A stretch of 64,000 nt of DNA from Octopus vulgaris (Eukaryota), in assembly GCA_951406725.2 (NCBI GenBank), contig OX597825.1, positions 46,686,001 through 46,750,000 of the forward strand, read 5' to 3'. A program made the translations under genes and the position numbers. Positions 49,848-62,812 of this stretch are shown here, piece by piece; within the stretch, counting starts at the first letter, position 1, and each line of letters opens with the position of its first letter. Below the pieces are notes generated by a model, which saw nothing but the letters and a program-made list of their open reading frames with translations, made no database searches and had not been told where the DNA came from.

Positions 49848-51333
49848 ATAAGAAAGTTTGTTTGGTAAAGCACGTGGGTGAATATATAAGAAAATAGTAA
49901 AGAGTGAAAAAACGACAGAAGGCTTAAATGTTAAAAAATATATATATTTGCGTCAAAATGTCTGGAGAATATTGGAAAAATTTTTTTCCCCTCCTTAAAA
50001 TGACATAATTTTATAATTTTTAAAGAAATACCGGTTTCGCAGTTAGCTCTTCAAATTTCTTGTGACTTAATGTTTATTTTTAATAACGTAATCCTTGTAT
50101 TTTTGCTACGGAGAGTTCTAAATAAGGGAAAGTAGTAAGTGATTTCTTCCGGTGTAAGGGAGATAATCGCTTAAAAAAATTTTTCCTTTAGTGTGAATTT
50201 CTCTGTATTATTGAGTTCGGATAGTTGAGTCTGGGTTTGTACTTTTCAATGAAGAATGTTTCCTTATTTAGTCTAATTTGTGATGATGATCCGAAAGCAC
50301 ATTGGTAAAATGGAAAGATTAAAAATTGTGGTTGTAGTTGCTTTGCGCATTTCTCAATGTGTTCACTAAAAGGTATCATTCTATATTCTGGGAATGCAAT
50401 CTGTTGTCGATGCAGTGTGCATCTACGTCTGAGTGATAGTCCCGTGGACCCCACGTAGTCTTGGTGGCAGCCCGAGCATTTAATGACATAAATTATGTTT
50501 TCAGAGGCACAAGTAAAGTTAGATTTGATCTTGAATTTCTGTCCCTCTTTAAAGAAGAATTCTGATCCTTCCAATAGGTTAGGACATGTTGCACAGTTCG
50601 ATCTACCACATTTTTTTACTTTTGCATCCGTAATTTTAGAAGACAATTTTGCCTTTGTGAGAATCTTTTTAAGTGATTTAGGCTGTTTGTAGCTTTTAAT
50701 GATTTGGTGTATGTTTAGAATTTCCTTTAATTTGGGGTTTTTATGAAGTATTGGTAAATTCTGGGTGATGATGGTGAAAGCTTCTTTGTTTCTGGGGTTG
50801 TATGTAGATATGTAAGGTAGTATTTTCGGGGAAGGTGTGTTGTTGTGTTGAACTTTTCTTAAAGTTTCTATGTTGATTTCTGTTGCACGTCTGATCCCAT
50901 CCTCTATGAGTTGAGTTGGGTAATGTCTGTCGATTAAGGTGTTTTTGAGTTCTTGCAGTCTGAAGTTCCTGGTGTTTTGTTCTGACACTATTGTGCATAT
51001 CCTTCTTGCAAGGTTGAAGGGGATGTTTGTTTTAGTGTGTCTTGGGTGGCATGAACTAAAAAGAAGGTATTGTTTGGCGTCTGTGGCTTTGTAGAAAATG
51101 TCTGTTTCTATTTTAAGGTTAATTTTTTTAATTAGTATATCCAAGAACGGGAGTTCCTTTTGGTTGTATTCCATTGTGAACTGTATATTTGGGTTTATGC
51201 TGTTCAATAGGTTTTTAAATTTTAAGAGTTTATCTGTGTTTTCATTCCAGAGAATAAAACAATCGTCCAAGAATCGTTTCCAGTTCTCTTTTATGTATTG
51301 AGAGAGGGGTTTCCAAAGATTGATAAGGATTCC
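49848..51333 (-). mobile_element. 5'-truncated Penelope-like element, left arm (ORF 50188-51270 open)
   Basis: WKRFLDDCF, LPFLDILI, YLLFSSCHP..IPF..ARR (RT); CGRSNCATC linker; IIYVIKCSGCHQDYVGST (GIY-YIG). Confidence 0.92.
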
Positions 51334-51352
51334 TGGTAAATGGTTATTTCCA

Positions 51353-52806
51353 TAGGAATCCTTATCAATCTTTGGAAACCCCCTCTCTCAATACATAAAA
51401 GAGAACTGGAAACGATTCTTGGACGATTGTTTTATTCTCTGGAATGAAAACACAGATAAACTCTTAAAATTTAAAAACCTATTGAACAGCATAAACCCAA
51501 ATATACAGTTCACAATGGAATACAACCAAAAGGAACTCCCGTTCTTGGATATACTAATTAAAAAAATTAACCTTAAAATAGAAACAGACATTTTCTACAA
51601 AGCCACATCCGCCAAACAATACCTTCTTTTTAGTTCATGCCACCCAAGACACACTAAAACAAACACCCCCTTCAACCTTGCAAGAAGGATATGCACAATA
51701 GTGTCAGAACAAAATACCAGGAACTTCAGACTGCAAGAACTCAAAAACACCCTAATTGACAGACATTACCCAACTCAACTCATAGAGGATGGGATCAGAC
51801 GTGCAACAGAAATCAACATAGAAACTTTAAGAAAAGTTCAACACAACAACACACCTTCCCCGAAAATACTACCTTACATATCTACATACAACCCCAGAAA
51901 CAAAGAAGCTTTCACCATCATCACCCAGAATTTACCAATACTTCATAAAAACCCCAAATTAAAGGAAATTCTAAACATACACCAAATCATTAAAAGCTAC
52001 AAACAGCCTAAATCACTTAAAAAGATTCTCACAAAGGCAAAATTGTCTTCTAAAATTACGGATGCAAAAGTAAAAAAATGTGGTAGATCGAACTGTGCAA
52101 CATGTCCTAACCTATTGGAAGGATCAGAATTCTTCTTTAAAGAGGGACAGAAATTCAAGATCAAATCTAACTTTACTTGTGCCTCTGAAAACATAATTTA
52201 TGTCATTAAATGCTCGGGCTGCCACCAAGACTACGTGGGGTCCACGGGACTATCACTCAGACATAGATGCACACTGCATTGACAACAGATTGCATTCCCA
52301 GAATATAGAATGATACCTTTTAGTGAACACATTGAGAAATGCGCAAAGCAACTACAACCACAATTTTTAATCTTTCTATTTTACCAATGTGCTTTCGGAT
52401 CATCATCACAAATTAGACTAAATAAGGAAACATTCTTCATTGAAAAGTACAAACCCAGACTCAACTATCCGAACTCAATAATACAGAGAAATTCACACTA
52501 AAGGAAAAATTTTTTTAAGCGATTATCTCCCTTACACCGGAAGAAATCACTCACTACTTTCCCTTATTTAGAACTCTCCGTAGCAAAAATACAAGGATTA
52601 CGTTATTAAAAATAAACATTAAGTCACAAGAAATTTGAAGAGCTAACTGCGAAACCGGTATTTCTTTAAAAATTATAAAATTATGTCATTTTAAGGAGGG
52701 GAAAAAAATTTTTCCAATATTCTCCAGACATTTTGACGCAAATATATATATTTTTTAACATTTAAGCCTTCTGTCGTTTTTTCACTCTTTACTATTTTCT
52801 TATATA
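51353..52806 (+). mobile_element. Inverted twin of the PLE, right arm (premature stop at 52280)
   Basis: Near-identical reverse complement of the left arm; about 19-bp spacer; (TA)n on both outer flanks. Confidence 0.92.
52628..52666 (+). ncRNA. Minimal hammerhead-like motif in the PLE 3' end (mirror copy at about 50023-50061, minus strand)
   Basis: aagaaat-TTGAAGA-gc taact gc-GAAA-ccgg-TA-tttctt. C3 is replaced by T and stem II is only 2 bp, so activity is doubtful. Confidence 0.45.
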
Positions 52807-52919
52807 TATATATATATATATATAATTTCAACAATTGAGGGTAAAATTAATTAATTATTAATCAATTTCACCAAGTGTTCAGTATGCAAAGGGACCATTC
52901 AAGGCGAATTCAAATTATT

Positions 52920-53318
52920 ACATTATATAAAAGGGCTTAGTAAAATAAATTACTTTGCCGCATACTGAACTCATTAGAAATAGCAGCTAAAAAACTTTTT
53001 TAAAACTATTTCTAATACTTAAAGAAAATCTCTCTCATATAGTGCTTGCTTGACTCAACTCACAAAAGTTTGGGGGTAAGGACATCAAAAAATCAAATGC
53101 AAAGGTTATTTGAGAACGTACGTTCTCAAATAACCTTTGCATTTGATTTTTTGATGTCCTTACCCCCAAACTTTTGTGAGTTGAGTCAAGCAAGCACTAT
53201 ATGAGAGAGATTTTCTTTAAGTATTAGAAATAGTTTTAAAAAAGTTTTTAGCTGCTATTTCTAATGAGTTCAGTATGCGGCAAAGTAATTTATTTTACTA
53301 AGCCCTTTTATATAATGT
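52920..53318. repeat. Spacer-less palindrome with about 200-bp arms
   Basis: Centre ...gagaacgt|acgttctc... at 53119/53120; the arms differ only by one homopolymer base as read. Confidence 0.9.
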
Positions 53319-54100
53319 TTATATATATATATATATACATACAAAAGTTATTAACCAACTTGTCATTTATTGAAAGAACTGAACAGCTGTATAGATGTAA
53401 ACACATTTTTTTCTTCCTTTCTTCCTTCTCTCTTTCCTTCACTTTTCCGTTGACACTACTTTCAGATACACAGGCACACACACAAAAAAAGAAAAACACA
53501 CACACACTCCCTCTCACTGGACAATGATGATGACAATGATAATAAATCCAGACAATTTTTTAAAAAAATAACTTTTATCAAAACAAGACCCCCCCCCCCC
53601 CCCCTTCCTTAGAGTAGGCCCCTGGTTTTGCCATTTTTAAAGGCCAAGAATCAACTCATCACTTTCTATTGAAAGAACTGACCAACTGTATAGATATAAA
53701 CATATTTTTTCTTCTTTCTCTCTTCCTTCTTTCTTTCCTTCTCTTTTCCATTGACACTCCATTCAGATACACACACACACACAGACTCTCTCTCTCTCTC
53801 ACTTTCTTCCCATTCCTCACCCTCTTTTACTATCCTATATCTCTTTCCATTCATACACACTGAATAATACTATAACAAGAGAGGAATTCCCTCAAAAAAT
53901 TCAAACCTGAAGAATCTACTAGAGTTGATGCAAATGTTAATATATGATTTATAAAAATATGTGACGTATTAATAAAAATTTGTAAATGTACAACCATCCA
54001 GGTTTCTGAGTACCTTATTTTTTTCTAATATATGTATATATATATGTGTGTATATATATATTTGTATATATATATGTATATATATGTATATATATTTCTA

Positions 54101-54143
<43 letters not shown>

Positions 54144-54188
54144 ATATATGTATATATACATGTATATATATGTATATATACATGTATA

Positions 54189-54235
<47 letters not shown>

Positions 54236-54237
<2 letters not shown>

Positions 54238-54950
54238 CAAAAGGAAAACAGGATGCAGAGGATTTTGCGGTACATATGTTTCTGGCTTTATTGAATAATT
54301 TATATCAATGCATAATTGATATAACATGTAGGTCAACAGCCTTCTTCAGCCATGTACAATTACCACACCAAAGACATATATTACTTTATAGCAGGTTTGA
54401 GAAAAAGTTTGGGAAAAAAACGAGTTTCATTGGGAAGGTAAATCCTTATAGTCGCATAGCGAGACACCAAAACAAAACGTCCATACCGTTTTTCACTCGA
54501 TAGAGAATGAGGGGTTTGGATGTTGAGAGAAAGAGGTAGAAGGGGGTGAATCTTTAATGAAGTTCGGATCATAAAGAGGAAAAAGTATATGATTATACAG
54601 GATAGTAGTAAGTGCAAAATGTAATAAAAGAGCAAAGATGTAAATAAATAAGTATATAGAGATACAAAGGATGTCATGTATATGGTCATAAATTCTAGAA
54701 ATGTATTGTGACAGTGTAGAAGGTACAAGACCTAAGGGGTAAAGAGTAAAATGAAAAGTAAAAAATAACAGGGAAATAAAAATAAAGATAAAGAAGTGAA
54801 AAAATAAAGATGAAAAATAAAAGGATAAAGGATAAAAAAATAAAAAAAGTGGACATAGAGATAAAGTGAGATAAGAATAAAGAGATACAGAAAAATACAT
54901 GGCGGTTAGAGATGATGGGTTAGGATTGATGTTTTGGTTAGTGTGGTAAT
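54236..54950 (-). mobile_element. Non-coding hammerhead-bearing element inserted in TA repeats (PLE pLTR / retrozyme-like)
   Basis: Flanked by TA-rich microsatellites on both sides; hammerhead motif near its 3' end; no credible ORF. Confidence 0.55.
54267..54354 (-). ncRNA. Type I hammerhead ribozyme motif with extended stem II
   Basis: Minus strand catgg-CTGAAGA-aggct..ttatatcaat tatgc attgatataa..agcca-GAAA-catatg-TA-ccgc. Canonical core, palindromic stem III (acatatgt), GUA triplet. Confidence 0.65.
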
Positions 54951-54999
54951 ATGTATATATGTGTATATGTATATATATGTATATATGTATGTATGAATA

Positions 55000-55238
<239 letters not shown>

Positions 55239-55286
55239 ATATATATATATATATTGAAAGGTTTGGAGAAGATGTACAGGTATTTT

Positions 55287-55484
55287 ATATTAGAAGAAAT
55301 GAGGTACTCAGAAATTCGGATGGTTTTATATTTACAGATATAAGTTCCATTTGAAAACCCCACTAGAATGGGAGAAAGTGCTAATACATGATCTAAGTTA
55401 TATGATGTATAAAAACGTGAAATATACAAATAAATATCTGTAAATATAAAACCATCTGAATTTCTGAGTACCTCATTTCTTCTA

Positions 55485-55488
<4 letters not shown>
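55287..55488. repeat. Short foldback element in TA repeats
   Basis: About 53-bp inverted arms tattagaagaaatgaggtactcagaaatt...; a related single arm lies at about 53980-54030. Confidence 0.7.
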
Positions 55489-55522
<34 letters not shown>

Positions 55523-55628
55523 ATGTGTGTGTGTGTGTGTGTATGTATATGTATATATGTGTGTGTGTGTATGTATATGTATGTATATGTGTGTGTATAT
55601 ATATATATATGTATATATATATATGCGC

Positions 55629-55673
<45 letters not shown>

Positions 55674-55674
<1 letters not shown>

Positions 55675-55835
55675 TTTATTAAAAAAGCAGCAAAGATATT
55701 TCAGAATCTGTTACTCAGAGTTTCACATTCCCGTTCATCCTGCAATATGCATTCTAAAGAAAACTGTCCACCAAACAGAAATGCGAAACTCTGAGTAACA
55801 GTTTTTGTGATATGTTTGCTGCTTTTTTAATAAAG
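55674..55835. repeat. Short foldback element with a degenerate hammerhead-like motif
   Basis: Arms ctttattaaaaaagcagcaaa..ctgttactcagagtttc / gaaactctgagtaacag..tttgctgcttttttaataaag. Confidence 0.65.
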
Positions 55836-56244
55836 CATATTCATCTCCCTCCAGTATTCAAGTACTATTTTTTCCATCTTGTTTTGTATTTATGTGCTTA
55901 CTCTGGTACGCATGCACACACACACACAAACACACACATAAAATAATGAAATACAAGGGGTTTTCATTGCCTCTCCCTTTTACTTTAACCTATATATATA
56001 TATAAATCAATGTGAGTTTAGAGAAATATATTATCTGGGTGGATACTGTGGTGACTCTCAGTTATGTTCCAGGTTATGGCTAACCACATCAATTAGTTTT
56101 TAATGTCAGTGACTACTATGAGTTGTCAGTCATAAAATATGCTCTATGAAATTGTAAAATAAAAGGAAATAAATTTTGAGGATGAACAAGTCTCCATATT
56201 CTCTATTGTTATAATTATTGCTTATATATATATATATAAATCAG

Positions 56245-56344
56245 AGGTTACCTGGATTACAAACAACGAGTTAGTCACTACTGGCCAGAATTTGCTCAGA
56301 ATAATAAGGAAGCAATTACTGTGGAAATGTTGGTGAATCACCAG
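56245..56344 (+). CDS. Beta-lactamase domain protein, coding exon 3
   Basis: Acceptor aatcag; GYLDYKQRVSHYWPEFAQNNKEAITVEMLVNHQ; donor gtaaat; phases 2/0 are consistent. Confidence 0.93.
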
Positions 56345-57077
56345 GTAAATATATTACTTCTATTCTTTTCTTTATAAAAATTTCCTATTATTGGATTAAA
56401 ATTTTTTCAATATTTTCCTGGGTGAAATTTGCAGTTCAAATGATGTAACCCTAGTATGAAAGCAATAATTTATAATGAAGTGAATAATTAAACATGAACT
56501 CTATATTTTAGAATAACAAATGTAGGAATTTTTTTAGTTATATTATGTAGTGAAATTGTGTCAGAGACCAAATTGCAGGTGTACACAAATATTTTTGATG
56601 CTTCAAGAAATAAATGTAATGTGAATTTTACAGTTTGGGGAATTTTTAGATCACTAAAATAGTTTTTCTATGATGTAATTGTTTATGACTATGGAATTTT
56701 GAAAAAATTTCAAATGTGGTAGTAAAGCATGTATTAAAATCATTAATGTAAAGTTTAGATGTTTAAAATATTCACTACATTTAAATTTTCTATGAACATT
56801 TAAAATGCATATTTAGTTATGCTACAATTATTAAACTTGGGAACAATACATGAAATTACAAAACATGAGTATGTGAGGATTTCTAGTAATTATAGAAGAA
56901 TGTTAAGAAAGATAAAAAGGAAGTTTATATAGAGCAGGAGAGGCATGAAATCATGAAAAATGATTGATTTCAATGACTGGGATCTAAGTATGCTGAAATC
57001 ACCGGTGAGAAAACAGACATTAAGATTAGATGAAGATTTTCAAACCTTTTCTCAGTTAAATCATAAATTATAAGTTT

Positions 57078-60000
57078 TGTAACATAGTTACTTGTTGCTA
57101 ATTATTGTTGTATCGCCACTATTTATGACGATACTTGTTTACACTATAAGCTTGTAAGAACAATAAAATATATAACAAAGCAAGATTACAACAACGTCCA
57201 ACAAACTCTCCACAAGCTATATATGCACCTACAAATGATATTCTGACAAACTACCAAAACGACACCTTACGACTACCTGTTATTAACGCCTATTCTTCCT
57301 CTCACTCTGGCTGTTACTATTTATAGCCGTTTGGACAAGTCTATTCTCAAAGGGGGTGTCATGACTCTTGCCATATCTCTCGTTTTGAGATTTTGGCTTC
57401 TGTAGGAAACAAAATTAATTATTTTTTTTTTTTTCCTTCTTTCCAACACCTCCCTTTTTGAAATTTTGCTTCTCTAATGAGTTCAGTACCTTTTATTCTT
57501 ATGAATTATTTCTAAATGTTTGTCTGTTTATGTTTTCTGTCACTGCTCCTTCTAGGCTCAATCTCTTTTGGTGCTGGCACATCGAGCATGTCGTCAAACA
57601 CTTCCATTGGAATTTCTTTCCTTTCTTCTGTATGTCTGATTTTTAATTGATTTAGGTGTGGTTTATGCTCCCATCATCAACCTTTTATTAAATACATCAT
57701 GTTTCCACTTCTTTTAGTCACTACAATGTCCTCCCAACTCTCTTTACCATTCTTGTATACTTTGAAATTGACTTCATCTCTGACATCAAAATGTTTAGTT
57801 GAATTTTTTGTATTTTCTTTGTACGTTTTTCCTTTGGCAACGATTTGTTGAAGATTGATTTAATCTTTCGAGTAACATTAGGTCTGCAGGTGACTTGCCT
57901 GAATTAGTATTCTGTACACCCTTAAGAATTTAGCACTTCATCATTTCCTAACTCGTTCCTTGCTTTTTTTAGCACTCTCTTGAAAGTATTGTTCTGCTTG
58001 CTCATTTGATCTCGGGTGGTAGGGCAGGGTAAACATGTGCTTCATTGCATGTATTTTGCAGAATTTTATGAACTTGTACCCTGTAAATTGTGTCCCATTG
58101 TCCGATACTATGGTGTCCAGAACAACGTATCAAGCAAAAAGTTCGTGCAGGAACTTTATTGTAGCCATTGGGGTAGGTTGACTGCACCTACATACTTCAA
58201 GCCACTTGGTAAAGCTGTCGACAATGATTAAGTAGTACATACCAGTCACTGGTCCATTTTTATCTATTATTTATCTTAAAGGTGGTGCTCCAGCATGGCC
58301 ACAGTCAAAATGACTGAAACAAGTAAAGAGTATGTATCCTGGAACATGGACTATCTATCTCAGGGCACAATTGGTATTTCACCTATGGTGCCTTGGCTGC
58401 TAGCACAAACCTCTACATGATTTTACCAAATTTTCAATCTCTCAGTCCATTGTCAGCCAATACCCGTAACTCATCATCAAAGCTTTCATTCTTCACATCC
58501 CCAGGTGTCCACATTGAAATTCATGTAATATCCATTTCTGTAGTGCAGTTGGTACTAACACTCTTTGTGCGTACATTAATACATGGTCACAGAGTGAAAA
58601 ATGATTCACATTCGTGTTTCTTTTTTGTTTATTTTTCAAGGTTTCCTTCATTTTTATGATGTATTTGTCTTCCGCTGATTTACTTTTTATATCCTATACA
58701 GTCACTGGCAACTCCTGAATGACATTACACATAACGTTTTAAATCTCATGTTTGATATGCTGATTATGAGATTACCTTTCAATCTCTTTTTCTGATTGTA
58801 ATGCGGTGATCATCCTATCTTCCAGTGGTTCTGCATTCTTCAGAATTAGTCTAGATAAACAATCCACATGACCAATTTTCTTAGAACGAATGTACTCCTT
58901 CTTAAAATTATAACTTAACAATATTGTACCCCAGCATTGTAATCTCTTTGCTGTACGGGTAGGAATTCCTTTCTTTGACCCAAAAATTGATAGTAACGGT
59001 TGGTGGTCCATCTGAAGCCAAAAACTTCTACCATGGAGAAATCTGAAATTTCTTCATGGCAAAAATAATCACTAGAGCTTCTTTCTCTATCTGACTGTAG
59101 TTTTTTTTTCTGCTGCACTTAGAGCACGTGAGGCATGAACCACCATCTTCATATTACCATCTTTATATTTGTGTAGTAAAATTGCTCCTATACCATATTC
59201 AGAAGCTACAACAGGAGCAAAATGAGTCAGCGACAAATCCAAAATTAATATTTTTTAATATCCAGAAATGCCTTTTGACAATTATTTGAACAATTCCATT
59301 TGGTGTCTTTCTTTAGCAAATTATTAAGTGGAGCTCTCAATTCATACATGCTTTGTATGTAATTTTCATAATAGTTCGCTAGGCCAAGAAAAACATGTAA
59401 TGTCAAATATGTTAGTTGGGGGAGGCATCTTTTTAATTGCGTCTGCTCTTGACGGGTCACGTCATCATCCATTTTTATCTATAATTTGTACTAAATATCT
59501 AATTTTAGGCAAAAAGAATTCATATTTCTCCTGAATGAGTGTGAAAATGTAATCTCTAATTTTTTGAAAAACACACTTCACATGTTCGATATGCTGATCA
59601 CGAGATTCCCTTATTTGAACAATTCCATTTGGTGTCTTTCTTTAGCAAATTATTAAGTGGAGCTCTCAATTCATACATGCTTTGGATGTAATTTTCATAA
59701 TAGTTTGCTAGGCCAAGAAAAGCATGTAATGTCAAATATGTTAGTTGGGGGAGGCATTGGTATACACCCTGATTTTGTTATTTTTTTAATGCACACAGTT
59801 GGTGCTGCCCACTTAGAATAATCTACTTTTGAATATTTCATAATTTCTTCAGTCTGTCTAATTCTTCCTATGTCTGCTTCATCACAGCAAATGGTACCTT
59901 TCTACCAGGTTTGGATACAGTTACAACATTTTCCTTTATTTGAAAACAGGCCTCAGTCTTAGAGATATAATTTATCTGACAGCAGTTCAGGAAACAAGTT

Positions 60001-61700
60001 TTAAAATTTTTGCTTCAATTCAACTGCTGAATTATTTTCACTGGTGGGACAGCTATTTATATTTTTACACAACAGACTTATGGGGAGGTCCCATAAGTCA
60101 AACAATTTCAACTAGTTCATACTGAACAGATTGGATGCATTTTTTACCACAAAAACTTTTGTTCAACAGGTTTTTCTCCCAAAATGTGATATCACTCCAT
60201 ATTTCACCTACGAAGTGCAGTCTGTCATCTGTCATGCCTTGTGGCAATTTTTGATGTTTTACTTAATATTGGTTTCCCAATTCTTATCCACATGTCAGTA
60301 TTAATAATCGAGATGTCGCTACCAGTATCTAGTTGTAACTTAATATTCACTTTGTTTACATTTACATGTACAAATTTCCTCTTTTTGGTGTCGCTACTAC
60401 TTATTGTTGAGAAAACTTTAGAATTTTTTTATGTTCGACCTTACTAACTTTGCTTTGAAATGTGAGCTCTTGTGTCCTACTTTTTGGCAGCTGTAACATT
60501 TTTGCGTTTTGAAAGGATAATCCTTCCTGAAATGTAGGGCTCCACATCTGTAGCATGGGTTTGGTCTTAACATTTTTTTGTTTATACCTTCTCGGTTAGC
60601 ATGCTTGTACTAGTGAGAACACCTTCTCTTCAATTTTCTTTACTCCTAATGTAAACTTACCATTCTTTGACACTCCTTGGCAACTGCCTACAGGGTTAAA
60701 CTTTGGTCTGCTTGTTCAAGTTTTATGAGAATTCTTGCATATATCTCTGCATCTTTGTTTGCCGTAAGCCCTTGTACAAAAGTGAGGCACTTAAATATAT
60801 CAGGAGTTAGTTCCTTCACTTTAGATCTTTCGCACATGTACGGTCCTGGCATATGTGACAAAGTCTTCATCCTCTCTCTTTTAACTAGATTCCAACACTC
60901 CCATCAAGTGTTAAATAAGGAACTCTTACCGCTGAATATTTTTGATAGTGGTTTGACTGTTTTCTGGAAACAAATTTCACTTGTTTTTTTTCGGTAGTAT
61001 GAAATTACAATATTTTTCATGTTTAGCTGGTGCTGATTTATGTATTAATAGTCTTACTTTTCCATTGTTTGTCTATGACTTGCAATCTTCTCTGAAGATG
61101 TCTTTGTACCTTCTAAAGTATGTTGCAAATGTTATACCCTCCTCTGGGATTCTGTTATAGAGTTCGATATGTAGTCTGGCGAAAACAAACTTATAATGTT
61201 TCTGGATTTCTTAAGATACAGCTTCATTAACTGTTGCAGTTGTTGGTGTAACAGTATTATAGAAGCTAATAGGTCTTCCATCATTAACAAATTTGTATCA
61301 CAAAAATTTATTAACTGACCTGCGTGAGCTTCGAATCCTTGTTGCCAATATTGTTTCATACTTACTTGTCACCAATTATTGTTGTATTGCCACTATTTAT
61401 GACAATACTTGTTTACACTATAACCGTGTAGTAACATCATCATCATCATCATCATCATCATTTAGCGTCCGCTTTCCATATATGAAAAATATAACGAAGC
61501 AGGATTACAACAGTACAACAATCCAACAAACTCTCCATGAACAATACACGAACCAACAAACGATATTCTGACAAATTACCAAAATAACACTTTACGACTT
61601 CCTGTGATTAATGCCTACTCTCCTGCTCACTGACACCGCCACTGTTTATAGTCTTTTGGTCAAGTCTATTCTTACAGGGGGTGTCGTGACTCTTGCCACG
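57078..61700 (-). mobile_element. Decayed Ty3/Gypsy element with both LTRs (57078-57375 and 61352-61700)
   Basis: The LTR pair aligns; PBS tggcaacaagg; remnants of gag (PDIFKCLTFVQGL), protease (LDTGSD), RNase H (DHQPLLSIFGSKKGIP) and integrase. A tiny RTE tail is inserted in the right LTR (about 61435-61480). Confidence 0.85.
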
Positions 61701-62706
61701 ACTATTTGAAATACAAAATTTAGATAGAGAGAAGTTTACTTTCAGAAATGTTTTCCGATATTAAAAGAAAGTTGTTTCAACAGCTTAAGTTGGCTACAAG
61801 GTTTCATATTCTTCACATGGTGGTAGCATGTTTACATATTTGTATCTGAACTTTTAAGCTAGGTTTCATTTTCTTTGCAAATTACCTCTGTTTGCTTATC
61901 TTACTTGAAATTTTAAGCAAGAAGAGAAAGGAAAAACAGACAATTTGACTAATAGATTGCTAAAAGCTAGTTTGGAGTAAAAGTTTCAGATTGATTGACC
62001 ATCTACTGATTTTTAAGTAATTAAAAATCTCCCCAAAAACATTGAAGTTTGTATAGATCTAGTAGAAATTAGCACAGACTTTCAAGGAAACTGTACCACA
62101 AATTGAGTACCAAAGATGGCACATTTTGATATCTTATGTTTTCAAAGACATTTCTTTTGTGTGTGTTGGAAAACATTTTAGATATATAGTAATCCTATCG
62201 TGGTTCATTATTTAAGCTTACGTCAATTCTTCCATGGTGTTGTTTTGCATTTATGATAAAATAAATATATACAAATTATAAAAATAACAGTACTATTTGT
62301 ACTTTATGGATTTTCACCTACCACAGGGGATTTGGGAATGTAACACCTATGATAGTCAAGGGATTACTGTATATTTATATTAGGGAAGTGAGGTTTAGTT
62401 TGTTAGTTAGTTCCATGTGCTAACAGGAAGTATACTTGCTATTTGTGTCTTTTGTTTTATAACTAATGGTGGACATATATTAATCAATGTGTGTCAGCTT
62501 GTAGACACAGACTTCACAGACATTGTTATATGAACATTAGCTTTATGTTATTTATTTCTGTACAATTGATTGCCATTGTTTTCATTTTATAAAGTTGAAT
62601 GGAAACAGGCTTCCACTTTGATATCCAAACCAGTTGTTTAGATTTCATGGAAATTTCTTTTTGTAGAAGAATTCATTTTGTTCTAATTAATTCTTACTTT
62701 TTACAG

Positions 62707-62812
62707 GCTGGTCTGAATGCTTTTGATAAGCCATTGGAATTAAGTTTGATTTCTTCTGATTATGAACGTTTTATTTCCATCCTAGCTGCCCAAAAACCTA
62801 ATTGGATTCCTG
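62707..62812 (+). CDS. Beta-lactamase domain protein, coding exon 4
   Basis: Acceptor tttttacag; AGLNAFDKPLELSLISSDYERFISILAAQKPNWIP; donor G|gtaagt; phases 0/1. Confidence 0.95.

Noticed and set aside
53368-53800. Direct repeat of about 130 bp (53368 and 53667)
   Set aside because: Diverged internal repeat of an unclassified element with no informative features.
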